64,000 nucleotides of DNA from Octopus sinensis (GCF_006345805.1 NC_043008.1:43586001-43650000); one strand, 5' to 3'. Counted from the stretch's first letter, positions 20,949 to 34,856 are shown. The notes: generated from the sequence alone by a model not told the origin. A program made the numbers and translations.

Positions 20949-23900
20949 GTAGTGGCACCGCGGTACTTTTCCACAAGAGTCTGGATCTCAAAGTAAGGAC
21001 AATATTCGTAGACCCGGAGGGTAGACTGGTCGTCCTGGATGTCGACGGCAGCAATGGGTGCGCTTTTCGACTCGTATCAGTCTACGCACCGCCCTTAACA
21101 GGTCGGGCGGATTTCTTTCAACGTCTAGAAGTATTCTTGGGAACGTCTCGTCCTTTACTCTTAGTGGGGGGGTTGGAATGCCACCTTGGACACGCATGTA
21201 GACTACGTGGGTAGAGATAGGAATAGACGGGGATGCAAATGCCTCAGAGACCTGCTCAGACGCTTTCAACTGTCTGACAGGTTCCGACTAGACCACCCGA
21301 ATGCGCCAACGTGGACATGGAGCAACCGCATCGGGTCGTCGAGATCGTATCTAGATAGGATACTGTGTAGGACAGTAGACAGAGATAGCATAGGATGTCC
21401 ACAATTCCACATAGTCAGCTACACGGATCACAAACTTGTGACATGTACGCTAGACTTAGATAAGACACTTAGGCAGGGTCCCGGATACTGGAAACTAAAC
21501 GCGTCTTTCCCACCGAGACAGGTTTTCAGAGACCGGATTAGCACACTAGTAAAGAGGGCTTTGACGGGAGCCATCATCAACAACAAATGGTGGTTTACCC
21601 TCAAGAGAGCAGTAAAAGCAGAAGCGATTAGGTACAGCAAAGCACTAGCCATAGATAGAAATAGAGTAGAGGGTGAGCTAGTTAAGAAGCTAGAAGAGGC
21701 AATTAGAAGCGGCATCACATCCGACGTTTTGGCGGCGAGGTTGGCCCTCGACCAACACTTCAACGCCAAACACGAAGGATGTGCTGTCAGAGCTAGGATG
21801 CGTGCTCTAAGGAACGAAGGTGTTGGAGCCGCGAGAGAGGCCCGGGTGGCAGAGGCGCAACAGGGCAACAAAGCCACCATTCGGTCACTGGTAGATGAAC
21901 AGGGGCGCGAATTGCTCGAGCCAAGTAAAATGTGTGAGGCCTTTCAGCAGCATTTTGCCCGACTGTTCGGAACGAGTGGAGGGCAAGAACGTAGGGTGGA
22001 CTTCAGTGCCTACCTACATAGCCTACCACGACTCTCGACAAGAAAGGCAGGGTGCTGCGAAGGTGCCATCACGGCGGCGGAAGTGCAGGAAGCGATGGCA
22101 GAATGCTCGGGGGACAAATCACCGAGTTTGGATGGTCTACCCTACGAGCTTTACAATTGTATGCCAGACTTGTTTGGAGACCTCTTGGCGGCGGTGTACT
22201 GCAACTGGCAGCAAAACGGGAGCATTCCTGGTTTTGTGAGCCGAGGAGCCGTAACACTGCTGAAGAAAGATCTAAACAAGGGAAACATTATAGATAACTT
22301 TAGGCCCATCACTCTGCTTAATGCAGACTTGAAAATTTTGGCCAAGGTGCTAGCCAAGAGGTTGGCGCTTGTCATCGAGAAACTGGTCGACAGGGCGCAA
22401 ACATGCGCCGTGCCAGGCCGGACCATCCATGACAACCTCCACCTGATGCGCTACATCATAGACAGGGTAGTTAACGAACCTGGCATGGGTGGGGCGCTGA
22501 TCAATTTGGATCAATCGAAAGCTTTCGATAGGGTGGACCATCGATACTTGGAGGCGGTCCTCGGAGCGGCTGGCTTCGGTCCCGTCTTCCGCGGCTGGAT
22601 AGCCGCTTTGTACAGAGGCATCCGTTCGGTAATTCGCGTGAATGGACATCTATCGAGACCCTTCGACATAGCACGTTCGGTCCGTCAGGGATGCCCCCTC
22701 TCGTCGCTTCTATACGTATTGACTCTCGAGCCATTATTGCGGAAGCTGGCAACCTTGAGAGGCATCCCGCGAGAACTGGGATGCGGGACGAGCGTGTCTG
22801 CATACGCGGACGACGTCACCGTCATAGTGTCTAGCCACGAGCACATCGAGCAGGTCGGCGAGACACTGAAAAACTACGAAGCGGTGACAGGAGCAAAAAT
22901 CAACCGGGAAAAGTCAGTGGGCTTGCGACTCGCAGGACCTGGAGAGCAAGCCCATGCCGTCCACCAGCGCCTCCGTGTGGGACGCTGGACCGACGGCCCG
23001 GTTGAGTTGCTCGGGGTCTGGTTTGGTCCGGACCTCCAAGTGGAGAAGAACTGGAACGAGATAACGAGTAGGGTGGTCACTCTCGCCCGGCAATGGACCG
23101 AGAGGAAACTGTCCCTAAAAGGTCGGGCGGAGGTGGCGAACACGTACATCGCGTCCGTCATCTACTACCGCCTGACCGTCGTACCTTGTCCCGACCCTAC
23201 CATCACCAAACTACAACGCATTCTCTTTCGCTTCTTGTGGAAAGGATGCGTCCCGATGGTCAGGCGATCCATTTGTCAACACCCGTTTAAAAGGAGGGCT
23301 GGGCATGCAGTGGTGGTTGATGATGCGCAGACACGCGCTGAGACTGCAATATCTCTGGCTCTATGTAGACGACGGTGAACAGGTGTGGTCGCCGTTTGTG
23401 AGGCACGCTTTCCCGCAGCTCGTTCCATGACCGAACTGCAGTCGTGGATCAAAAAGAGGCCGAGAAGAAGGGCGAATGGCACCGCGAGTGTCGCGTTGCT
23501 CTCAAGCAACTCTGCTGTCCTGGGTCGACCTTGAGTGACTTCAACACAACCAAAGCATTCTATAGGGGTTTAGTGGAGGGGAGGTACGACGACGAGCTCG
23601 GGGCGAACCTGGACGTCGACGAGGAGTACCTGACCCGCCTGTTCAGGACGACTTTCGGGCCAGGGCCCATGGACAACTTCCAGAGATCCCTGGCCTGGCA
23701 GTGCTACGAGAAGCGCTACCCGTTCGGGATAAGCTCTACAGACACGGCTCGAGAAACACGGGGCCGATCTGCCCGAGATGCGGTCAGAGCGACGAAACCG
23801 TTCTGCACGCACTCGTGCAGTGTCCAACAATTTCCGACCTGTGGGCTTGTGTCGAACAACTGCTGTCACGTGTGGGACGAGTCGGTTTATCAGCTGAGTC

Positions 23901-24560
23901 TATCGTTAATATTGTCACGCCTCCCTCCTTCAAACGGGAAGGAAGAGCTATTTTCATCATCCTTGTGGCTATGGCGAAAGAATGTATCTGGTGGACGCAT
24001 CTGAAAGGATTGGAGACAAACACTTTCCTCTCTGGTCAATCTCTCATCAACTTCTTCAAGTACCACTTGAAAAGGAAAGTGAGAGTAGAGAGGCAAGTTT
24101 TTTCTAGCGAATGTTTTAAAAAAAGATGGGTGAATGTAGCAAGAATGGCACGTATGAATGACGAAGCCACCTTGAGCATGATCCTATGAACCCAGAAATT
24201 GAAAACAGAGAGTTGCTTATTTGCAAAAAAAAAAAAAAAAAGAAATATAACATGTGACTCCATTGACCGAGGTACCGTGGTCTTTTCCGTAGGCTTTTAT
24301 TTCCACGGGTAAACCTCACCTGTCCTCCCCTTTACACTTCATATTGACATTCTGTGATAACGATCCCTATTGATCAATTTTTTTTTTTTTCTTTAACCCC
24401 CCTTTTTTTTGTCCTCTTTCTCTCCTTTTACGATCCCTTTTGATCGAAACTCCCCCTTCCTGTTTTCTTTTTTTTTTTTTTTTTTAAACCTTCAAAAGAA
24501 AAGCTCTACCTTGTAATTTGTTCTATCTGTGTGCAGCCCTGTGTGGCTAATAAAGAAACA
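20949..24560 (+). mobile_element. 5'-truncated Tx1/L1-type non-LTR retrotransposon (APE endonuclease part, RT, CCHC), inactivated by frameshifts
   Basis: EN remnant (GRLVVLDV, VSVYAP, G-WNA, SYLDRI, YTDHK), WKLN linker, RT motifs FRPITLLNADLKIL, LDQSKAFDRVDH, VRQGCPLS and YADD, GGLG, and CPRCGQSDETVLHALVQC. Stop at 24189; the 3'UTR ends AATAAAGAAA. Confidence 0.93.
21186..23378 (+). pseudogene. Longest intact stretch (730 aa) of the LINE ORF2 endonuclease/reverse transcriptase
   Basis: From the ORF track. Bounded by a +1 frameshift at ~21170 and another at ~23290; the C-terminus continues in other frames to 24189. Confidence 0.88.
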
Positions 24561-24785
<225 letters not shown>

Positions 24786-25384
24786 TACACACACATGCAC
24801 ACATGCATATGTATAGCAATCGATAGGGAGTTTAGCATGGAAGATAACTACGTTAGGTGTAATTCAAAGGAGATTTGGCTGTTATTTCCACCGAGGAAAT
24901 CTGAATGGCTAAGGTTCAAGTTCTCCGGGTGGGAACTGAAATCAAGACACCTCGAAAATGGTCTTCAATCTCATTCGATAAACATCTGTATATCCCATTG
25001 CTCCTCCATGTGATTAAAACTAAAATTAAAGACCAACATAATTTTAAAAATAAATAAAAGAATAAAAAATACGAGCAAATGAAAATCCGGGAAAGCAAAA
25101 GCAGAACATCGCAAACAAACTATTGTTGAAGGTCAAAAGGTGCAAGCTAAAGAAATTCTGTTTGGTTGGAATCGAAACAATGTTTTTTCCCCCTTCTTTT
25201 CAAGACTCAAATATTTTTCTGTCATTCATAAATATTCTGATGAAATTATAAAATTATAAAAATTATAGAAACGAAATATATGTATATATAAAAAAAAAAG
25301 AAATCTAAAGGAAAAAAAAAACGCTCAACATCTACAACAACAACAACAACTACAACAATTATAAAACAAGATCAGCATCAACAT

Positions 25385-25427
25385 CTGAATTAAATGCAAC
25401 AGTAGTAGTAGTAGTAGTAGTAGTAGT

Positions 25428-25461
<34 letters not shown>

Positions 25462-25980
25462 CAGCAGCAGCAGCAACACTACCCCATCATCATCACCGCC
25501 ACTACCACCACCAACTTTGCCGCCGCCACTACTCCATCACCATCATAGCCATCATCGCTATCATCAACATCACTACCACCATCATCTCAGTCAGCGCCAG
25601 CACCGCCGCCACCACTGACTCCGTCATCATCATCACCACCACCACCACCAGCAGCACCAGCACCGCCGCTGTCACTTCATCCATCACCACCATCATCATC
25701 ATCATCATCACCACCACCACCACCATCACCAGCACCGCCGCCGTCACTCCTCCACCACAACCACCGCCACCACCACCACCATCACCACCACAACCACCAC
25801 AACCAGTACCAGCACCAGCACCGCCACTAACTCCATCGCCATCATCACCACCACCACCACCACAACCAGCACCGCCGCCCCACCACCAGCACCACCACCA
25901 CCACCACCATCAGCACCGCCACCACCACCACCACCACCACCACCACCACCACCACCACCACCACCACCACAACCATCACC
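25385..25980. repeat. (TAG)n then (CAC/CAT/CAG)n trinucleotide low-complexity tract
   Basis: Directly visible in the sequence. Confidence 0.9.
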
Positions 25981-26579
25981 AAGAGGAATATCAGAAGCAT
26001 TAATAAACCTCCTTGAAAATCCTCAAAGATACAAAAAAACAAAAACAAAACAAAAAAACAAAAAACAAAAAACAAAATATTGGAAGACTTTCTTACAAGG
26101 GATATTTCGTGTCATGCAATTTGGAAATCTTTTTCTTTTCATGATCATATTTCGAAATTTTCGCCAATATTTTCAGATTTTGTTACATTTTCGATATTTT
26201 CTGCTCTTAAAATATGGTAATACATTCCGAAAGTTTTTGGCTAGTTTATAATTAGCAACAAAAATTGCTTATTTTTTTTTGGTTTTTGTTTTAGTACAAG
26301 AACAAGACGGACAAGTTTTTTTTATCGAATTGGAATAATGAAATCTTCTTCAAAATTTGTTTCAACAGTATGTCTATACGTTTGTGTTTGTTCAAAACAC
26401 CCCTCCCCCTACACACACACACACACGCATTTATACACAGTTGTATATACATAAATGTATGCATGTATGCACATATACATATATACTCAAAAACCATATA
26501 TTTGTGCGTACGTGTATACACACACACATACACACACATAGTTAATAGATACATACATGCATACATACATATATATATA

Positions 26580-26610
<31 letters not shown>

Positions 26611-26648
26611 TAGAGAGATAGATATATAGGTAGATAGATAAATAAATG

Positions 26649-26694
<46 letters not shown>

Positions 26695-26877
26695 ATATAT
26701 AAATAGATGCATGCATACATACATGCATACATATATACATAGAAAATGCATACATAGATGTATATGCATATATATACAGATATATATAATATAAATAAAA
26801 TATACATACTTACATATATACATACAAGCAAACATACATATATATATACATGCATACATGCATACATACATACATAT

Positions 26878-26908
<31 letters not shown>

Positions 26909-27056
26909 CATACATACATATATACATACATACATATATGTATATATATCCTTTGCATCATGTTTTTATTTTGATAAATATACTCTATCACCTACACCAC
27001 TAAATGGCATATACAGGTGCTTACAATTATCACGTATTCACCCTGAATTTTTTATG

Positions 27057-27100
<44 letters not shown>

Positions 27101-27269
27101 TATATGCATATGTGGGTACAGGACGTCAACACGAAATACGAACACAAATGAGTTCAATACGCAAAGAACGAGAGAAACGAATGGAAAACAGGGCAAGTAA
27201 CTACGAAATACGGTTACGCATTTCGCCCGGCCTGCTAACGTTTCTGCCAGCCCCTCGCCGCCTGAAGGA

Positions 27270-27700
27270 CTAGCGATAGTTACTGTTGAGAATAAAGTCC
27301 ACAAAGTTATCATATTTTGGACATACACGAGTCCTTGCCCCGCAAGACCACCCTCACACGAGTCCTTGCCCGCAAGACCACCCTCACACGAGTCCTTGCC
27401 CGCAAGACCACCCTCACACGAGTCCTTGCCCGCAAGACCACCCTCACACGAGTCCTTGTCCGCAAGACCACCCTCACACGAATCCTTGCCCGCAAGACTA
27501 CTCTCGCAGGAAGTGTGCAGAGGAAGAGAAAAAGAAGCGGCGAAAGGCGTTTGTAGATCGACGATATCAAAGAAAGGACTGGAATTTAGAGCTTGGCTTA
27601 TTGTATGCATAGCAGCACAACACAACACAGAAGGCCTTGGAGAATCTTCTCAAGCTGGACCATAGACAGAAAGCGGGCATCTGATCGATGACCGATGAAA
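27270..27700 (+). mobile_element. RTE-like LINE C-terminal remnant with internal tandem expansion
   Basis: Reads LRIKSTKLSYFGH...LARKTTLAGSVQRKRKRSGERRL*IDDIKERTG, resembling the RTE motifs KLxYFGH, GxVxGKRxRGR and DDIKEWTG. Confidence 0.65.
27325..27506. repeat. 30-bp GC-rich minisatellite, 6 units (ACACGAGTCCTTGCCCGCAAGACCACCCTC)
   Basis: Exact 30-nt periodicity; the first unit is 31 nt. Confidence 0.95.
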
Positions 27701-28601
27701 CCATGTTATACTTCGATCAAAAGATCTGGGATTGCGCCTAGGTCTTTCGTCCAACTGCTTACGATAGGTCAGCTTAATCAGAGGTGAACTGGAGCCACAA
27801 GGTACCAACTACTGGTTATACATAGTATATAAGGTTAACGACATATTTCGCCTCCCGGATAGCATGCAAGAACTTTGCAAACTGACTTCTCTGGTAAAAT
27901 TACATTGTGCCACATGACATGTGATAGGCTATTCCCTTGAACGTAGTTTTAGTGAGGAATACATGTAGTTGTTGTTGCCTGTCTCAGTTTAGTCTTGATT
28001 GAGCATAACCTATGATTAAAAGCATTCCAGCTGTGACCATTTCTGATTCAGAAGAAAAATCTAGGACCGCACCGACTAATTTAATTTAAGAAAGTTCGCT
28101 GTGATCTGAGAGAGAAAGAATCGGTTGTTATACTTTGCAACTTCAGCGACAACATCAAGGTTCTATCTTTGATTCGTCAGAACACACCACGTGATGGACA
28201 TTCATGATAACAGATCACGTGGGTTACCGGCTAATCTAAACAATCATGCTACCATTTCCCTTAAATTTCAGCATTCTTCCGTGATTCTTTGACCCTTTAA
28301 TCACAACCGTTTCTGTTTTAGTAATGCTTTAGGTAAAAAATAAAATAAAATAAATAACTAAAATAGATGAGGAAAAACCTACATCAACGACCGTTGGGCT
28401 ATTCGAAGCTTAGGAAAGGAATTAAAACATTGTTTCTAATGAGAAGAGAACGATTGCTGCCATGAACAGGTCACGTTACACAGAACAGCAACAAGATTAA
28501 GACAAGTCTCGATATAAATAGACAACATTTTAAAAAAACTTAGAAATACTTCCGTCATTCATGATATAAAAACGAGCGGCTGCACTTAAAAGATTAAGAA
28601 C

Positions 28602-28650
<49 letters not shown>

Positions 28651-28851
28651 ATTATATATATATATATATATATGTGTGTGTGAGAGAGAGAGAGAGAAAG
28701 AAGATAGTATATATTTTATTTATTTGTAGTTAGGTTATTCAAACTAGATGACGTTTTGATGGATAAATGGTTTTAAATATTAAGTTAAAATATAAAAAAA
28801 TGTCATGTGTATAAATGGCATTTTTATGTAATATCTTTTCTCCTGATAGCG

Positions 28852-28947
<96 letters not shown>

Positions 28948-29136
28948 ACACACACACCACACACACACACATATATGAATGTATGTAGGCATGTATACTG
29001 GTATGGTTATGTGGTTAAGAAGTTCGCTTTGCAAGTACGAGGTTTCGTGTTCAGTCTCTCTGTTCGGCATCTTGGGCTTTAACAAGAGATCCGGGCCTTG
29101 GGAATGAATTTATTAGACGGATACTATGTGAAAACC

Positions 29137-29203
<67 letters not shown>

Positions 29204-29244
29204 CATACCTACATATATGTATGCATATATACGTATATATACAT

Positions 29245-29279
<35 letters not shown>

Positions 29280-29599
29280 CACACGTACATAATATTCAAC
29301 AAGACATGTTACCCGATGCTCTAACGGCTCCACCTTTGAATGGAAATATGGTGGCACCAGATGTTGTCATAACGGTTAGCAATTTTAGGGGTAGGTCGAG
29401 TCTATCACATAGACCCAAGTACCTCGATTTTTTACTACTTTATTTTATCGTACCAAAAAAGATGAATAAAATTCATGAAAAATGCATATAAAACTACATT
29501 CAAGATATATATGTATTAGCTGTATTAGGAAATGTAAATAGATATTGTATATAGACTTTGTTCCTATTCTCAAACTGTCCCATTTTATAGATGCAAATA

Positions 29600-29710
29600 T
29601 AACAAATATAAAAATACTCTGATATCCGAAAACTCCAAATTCCGCAATACTTTCAGTATTAATTTCGGATAAGGGATTAATTAATTTCGGATAAGGGATT
29701 ATCGACTGTC
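29600..29710. mobile_element. Possible Tigger/pogo-like MITE end
   Basis: ATCCGAAAA...TTTCGGATAAGGGATTATCGACTGT resembles a Tigger-type TIR; 22-bp local tandem duplication. Confidence 0.4.
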
Positions 29711-31665
29711 CTAATATTTTTATAATGCTATTAGATAGTAAAATCTATGACGGAATTTGAAATAAGAAATTCAGAAATCCGTTATTCATATTCAGTGTTG
29801 TGTGGTGATGTTTATGGTCAAGATTCTCCAGAGTCCGAGTGGCATTAATTCGAATTTCATTTTAGATCCGTTTTCTGTGTTTTGTCATTGTTAGCGAAGT
29901 CAAAAACTTTGTAGAATTCTGTAGTTTTTCTCTGGTTTTTAGGGCTGAAGTTATTTGTTATTGACAGTGTGGTCGGAGCAGAAGTTATTTAGTAAGTTAA
30001 TAAAACTGACCACCCATAACTGGATATTCTCTGGTGATGAACGGTTGAATGCGTACTTAATCCGTCATTTGACATCATCAGCCGACCGGTGCCAGACCAG
30101 TATGGATACCTTTAACAGAGTCCAATTAGTTGCAATCACTCAGTCTAGATTTTTCCATCTGGATATAAATCGATATCTCGATTCACTATTTCTCATTGTG
30201 GTAAGACATGGCTTGTGGCTTTTTCTTCCTCTTTTTTTTTCTATCCAGCAATCTTGAAATCCCCACAAACGATCATGGATAATACCTTACCCCTACTCGT
30301 ACTAAGCCATACACAAATTTGACAACTGAAAGATTACCTAAAGATGAATGCGAAGATGGAGCAATCAATAAGAGATATTTTCAAATGCAGCCAACAGCTT
30401 TTGCTTTTTTTCCCAAAGATTTCTAATTATCGTTTGGTGCTACATTTACAGATTATCAACAAACAGAAAGACACAGTGCGCATGACTGAATCAGCAAGGT
30501 GCTAGACGATCGTAGGTGATCGACGGAGCGGTCACCTACGGCATGCTGGTGTTCAATCTCATTTGCATCAATCAAGTTGATCGATCTGAGTTTTAGTACG
30601 GGCTTTGTGCCAAATATGGCCTCTTTTTATGCAATGCAACTTTTCTTTTACTCTGTTTTCGACACAAAAATAGTAATTTCGATTCAAGTACGGGATTTGT
30701 GTCAAACATGGCCTGTTTTCATGACAACAGCTTGCGTTTTCTCTGCTTTCAACACAAAAATAGCAACTTCGATACAAGTTTTTGTTTTATCAGACATACT
30801 AGCTGCTTCCTTTATTTTGACTTGAGATTCAAAATCGATGAAACTCCTGAGATAGTTTCATAAACAAGAAATCGAAGAACCAATCAAATCAATAAAGAAA
30901 AGAAAATCAAGGGATTGAATATAAAATAGTAAAAAAAAAAACCCCTCGAAATATACATCTGAATTGAAATCGAAATTCAATAAATGAAAGACAACAACAA
31001 TACGGATTTAAATCGGTAATTTTAAAGATTTTCGATTTCAGTTCGAATTTCGGTTTTACATCAGATTCGATGGCGATCGTCTCCTTCAATTATGGACCAT
31101 TTGATGATTATACTTCTTAAAGAGCAACGGTAACGGAAGATATAGCAGTGAGGTTGACCGGAGTATTTAACACCTCTTTCGCCCATGCTACACCTTCCAC
31201 GGGCCAGGCCCACAAGAGCAAGGAGACTACGAAAGTGGCGGTATTTCATCGTCGCAAGCAGACATAATACTCCGACCGCCATAACATCAATCATCACCCC
31301 TAACGCCCAAGGCCCACGCCTCAGATTGTTGCAGACACCCACACAATGTGACCTAGTTGTGGGGTCGGAAGATGTACAGTTCCAAGCATTACTATATTTG
31401 TTGTGAAGAGAGAAAATCCCCGTAGAACGGACGACAGAAGAGATTTGGTACTTTCTCACATTGTCAAAAAAGCCGCTGGTAATTCAGTCTTTGGAAACGT
31501 TTTAAAGGCAACCACCATAAATTGTTTTTCTTACGAATATACCTTTCTAACCATTTTTCTTCCTCTAGTCGCCCATAAATTAGAAGGACGTTGTAGATGT
31601 GTCACCTTAACCACGACAAGGTAACCTTATGTAACAGTGCGAGACAAATGTTCTGATCAGAAAAT

Positions 31666-32051
31666 GGATGGAAGCACTCCGTCGGTTACGACGACGAGGG
31701 TTCCGGTTGATCCGAATCAACGGAATAGCCTGCTCGTGAAATTAACGTGTAAGTGGCTGAGCACTCCACAGACACGTGCACCCTTAACGTAGTTCTCGGG
31801 GATATTCAGCGTGACACAGAGAGTGACAAGGCCGGCCCTTTGAAATACGGGTACAACAGAAACAGGAAGTAAGAGTGAGAGAAAGTTGTGGTGAAAGAGT
31901 ACAGCAGGGATCACCACCATCCTCTGCCGGTGCCTCGTGGAGCTTTAGGTGTTTTCGCTCAATAAACACTCACAACGCCCGGTCTGGGAATCGAAACCGC
32001 GATCCTATTACCGCGAGTCCGCTGCCCTAACCACTGGGCCATTGCGCCTCC
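31666..32051 (-). mobile_element. SINE family A, tail type 3, full length
   Basis: TSD GATCAGAAAAT at 31655-31665 and 32052-32062. Confidence 0.9.
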
Positions 32052-33886
32052 GATCAGAAAATAAAGGACACATCGTTACGAAAGTAGTTTTATAGCGCCT
32101 CTCTTTCACCGACAGATCTTCTAGTCCAGCTGGCCGTCTAGTAGCTCTTTTCATCATCAGGTTAGTGATTTAGTCGTCGTCGATCCAGTTATGTAACAGG
32201 TTATACTGGATTATATATTACGAGAGGTACGCAAAGCGATCTAATACTATACACGCATACAGATATATAAACATAGGTCTACGTACTTATACATGCAAAC
32301 CTAATGATATACAGACACACTCGCAGGTAGAGGTACACGTGCAAGCATGTATGCCCACACAACACCCATAGATGCGTACAAACATGCAGGCGTTTGTGTA
32401 AATAGATCTATACATACAAACATATACACATACACAGATGTATGTATAGCCCCCTGTGGGTAATAAAGAAATCATACACAGATGTATGCACACACATATA
32501 CACAATATATACATATAAACATACACACGTATAAACGTATATACATGTGCACAAATATCTCCACACATGTGATATTGTGCTCACAATGACATCCATACAT
32601 GCGAAAACGCATATAACTACACACACACACACACACACACACGTACATCTATAATAGATACATGCATTCATACATGTGATCTATGCATATATACATATAG
32701 ACTCATATAGACTACCATCTAATTGATATTGCCAAAATAGTAATGAAAGAACCTTGGTTTTGGTTTGGAGTCTTGTTCTTTCTCTATTGGCGAGAAATTT
32801 GACATCTATAACCAACAGAACATACATACATACATACATACATACATACATACATACATACATACATACATACATACACACATGCACGTGCGAGCGCACA
32901 TATGTACACGAACATATATACATTTAAATCTCAGATAGCAATAACATGGAAGCTATTCTGTTCCATAGCAACTATAACAGAGATGACAGAAATAGCACCA
33001 ATTTCAATCAGATCCTTTAGATGGATTTTCCTTTCAGTTACAAAATTTCAAATTCTCTTTGAATTTCCTCTTTGGTTTTAATGTTATTGTTTAATATGAA
33101 CTTTCTTTCCATTATATTGGTAAAAAAATATGCATAAAAAAAAACCTAAAAAAAAAGCCCGCAGTTCTGTGCAAAAGTTCTGCAACAAAAGATTTTTTTT
33201 CATAATGCTTTTTTTTTCTTTCTCCATAATTTTGCACAATTTTCACAAAATATTTCATCATTGAATTAAAAAAACAAAAAAACATCGAGTTGGATTTAAA
33301 CAGGTAATCTTTTATTTCGAATATTTCGAAGCATAATTTACACAAGAATTTTTTTTTTTAAAAAGAAATCGGAAAATATATTGTGGAAAAAGAATTTGAC
33401 GTAAACATGATATACACCGTGTTATTTAAGCGTCCGATTGTACATGAATAAAAAATATTTTATTAATAAGAAATATAAAATTAAAATAATGTTCTAATGC
33501 AGACTTTTATCAAAATTGTATTTTAAATCTTATAAGTCATCGGAAAATGTTGAATAAATCAATAAAGAATATTTATAAAATATTCTGGAATTATGTAAAG
33601 TAATATTTTCTCAGATTTGGCAGAAAGTCTCATATTTTTGAGAAAGGAGACAAGTCGACCTAATCGTTCCCAATACATAACTGGTATTTATTTTATCGAC
33701 CTTGAGAAGGAATTTGAAATTTGAACGTAATTAAATTCGCCAAAGCCATTAGAGAGAATCTACTGATTCTACCACTCTTTGATTAAGATATTCCATAATA
33801 AGAATATATAGTCATTACACATTAATATACATATATCAATACATGTATGAGCGTATATTATTTATGTGGATGCTAGTTGTTTGATA

Positions 33887-34269
33887 GTGGAGGCGCAATG
33901 GCCCAGTGGTTAGGGCAGCGGACTCGCGGTCATAGGATCGCGGTTTCGATTCCCAGACCGGGCATTGTTAGTGTTTATTGAGATAAAACACCTAAAGCTC
34001 CACGAGGCTCCGGCGGGGGTGGTGGTGAACCCTTCTGTATTCTTTCACCACAACTTTCTCTCGCTCTTTCTTCTTGTTTCTCTTGTACCTGTATTTCAAA
34101 GGACCAACCCTGTCACACTCTGTGTCACGCTGAATCTCCTCGAGAACTACGTTAAGGGTGCACGTGTCTGTGGAGTGCTCAGCCACTTGCGCGTTAATAT
34201 CACGAGCAAGCTGTTCCGTTGATCGTATCAGCTGGGACCCTCATCGTCGCAACCGACGGAGTGCTCCTA
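33887..34269 (+). mobile_element. SINE family A, tail type 3, full length
   Basis: TSD TAGTTGTTTGATA at 33874-33886 and 34270-34282. Confidence 0.9.
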
Positions 34270-34548
34270 TAGTTGTTTGATATCACAAGAGTGAGTTTTT
34301 GTTTCTTTGTATATTATTATTTTGAGAAACTGCCATTCTAGTCATGAAGAGTGAAAGGTTTCTGAATTTACAAGCTGGTTTTTGGTGAGGGGTTGTCTAG
34401 TTGCATTCTCGGTTTATGGTTGAGGTCTTGGAATTACTGTTCCCTGGACAAGAATATTGAAAATATTGAAAATTGGAAGCAAAGTTATTGAGACAAGAAT
34501 AATTAAGCATAATAATATTAATATTGGAGAGATTGTCGATAACTGTAC

Positions 34549-34684
34549 GAGTAGCTGTGTGGTAAGTTCAGTCCCACTACGTGACACCTTGGGCAAGTGT
34601 CTTCTAAAATATAGCCTCGGACCGACCAAAGCCTTGTGAGTGGATTTGGTTGACGGAAACTGAAAGAAGCCCGTCGTATATATG

Positions 34685-34715
<31 letters not shown>

Positions 34716-34856
34716 ATATATATATATGTTTGTCCTCCCAACATCGCTTGACAACATTTCAGCACCACCATCCCCTCGCACACTCTTTACTCTTTTACTT
34801 GTTTCAGTCATTTGACTGTGGCCATGCTGGAGCAAATCGACCCCAGGACTTATTCC
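34549..34856 (+). mobile_element. tRNA-headed SINE family B with internal (TA/TG)n, internally deleted
   Basis: GTAGCTGTGTGGTAAG...GGCAAGTGTCTTCT...GAAACTGAAAGAAGCCCGTCGTATA; homologous to 61553-61948. Confidence 0.8.

Noticed and set aside
30561-30568. Octamer ATTTGCAT near a CpG-containing stretch
   Set aside because: A single 8-mer is expected by chance in 64 kb of AT-rich DNA, and no snRNA or histone gene follows.
31061-31459. 132-aa minus-strand ORF and overlapping plus-strand ORFs in a GC-richer island
   Set aside because: No recognisable motif or convincing splice pair in any frame.
33887-33965. tRNA-like sequences at SINE heads (also at 790-866, 15612, 31975-32051 and 61553)
   Set aside because: They lack a proper acceptor stem, continue into repeat bodies and are flanked by TSDs, so they are SINEs rather than tRNA genes.
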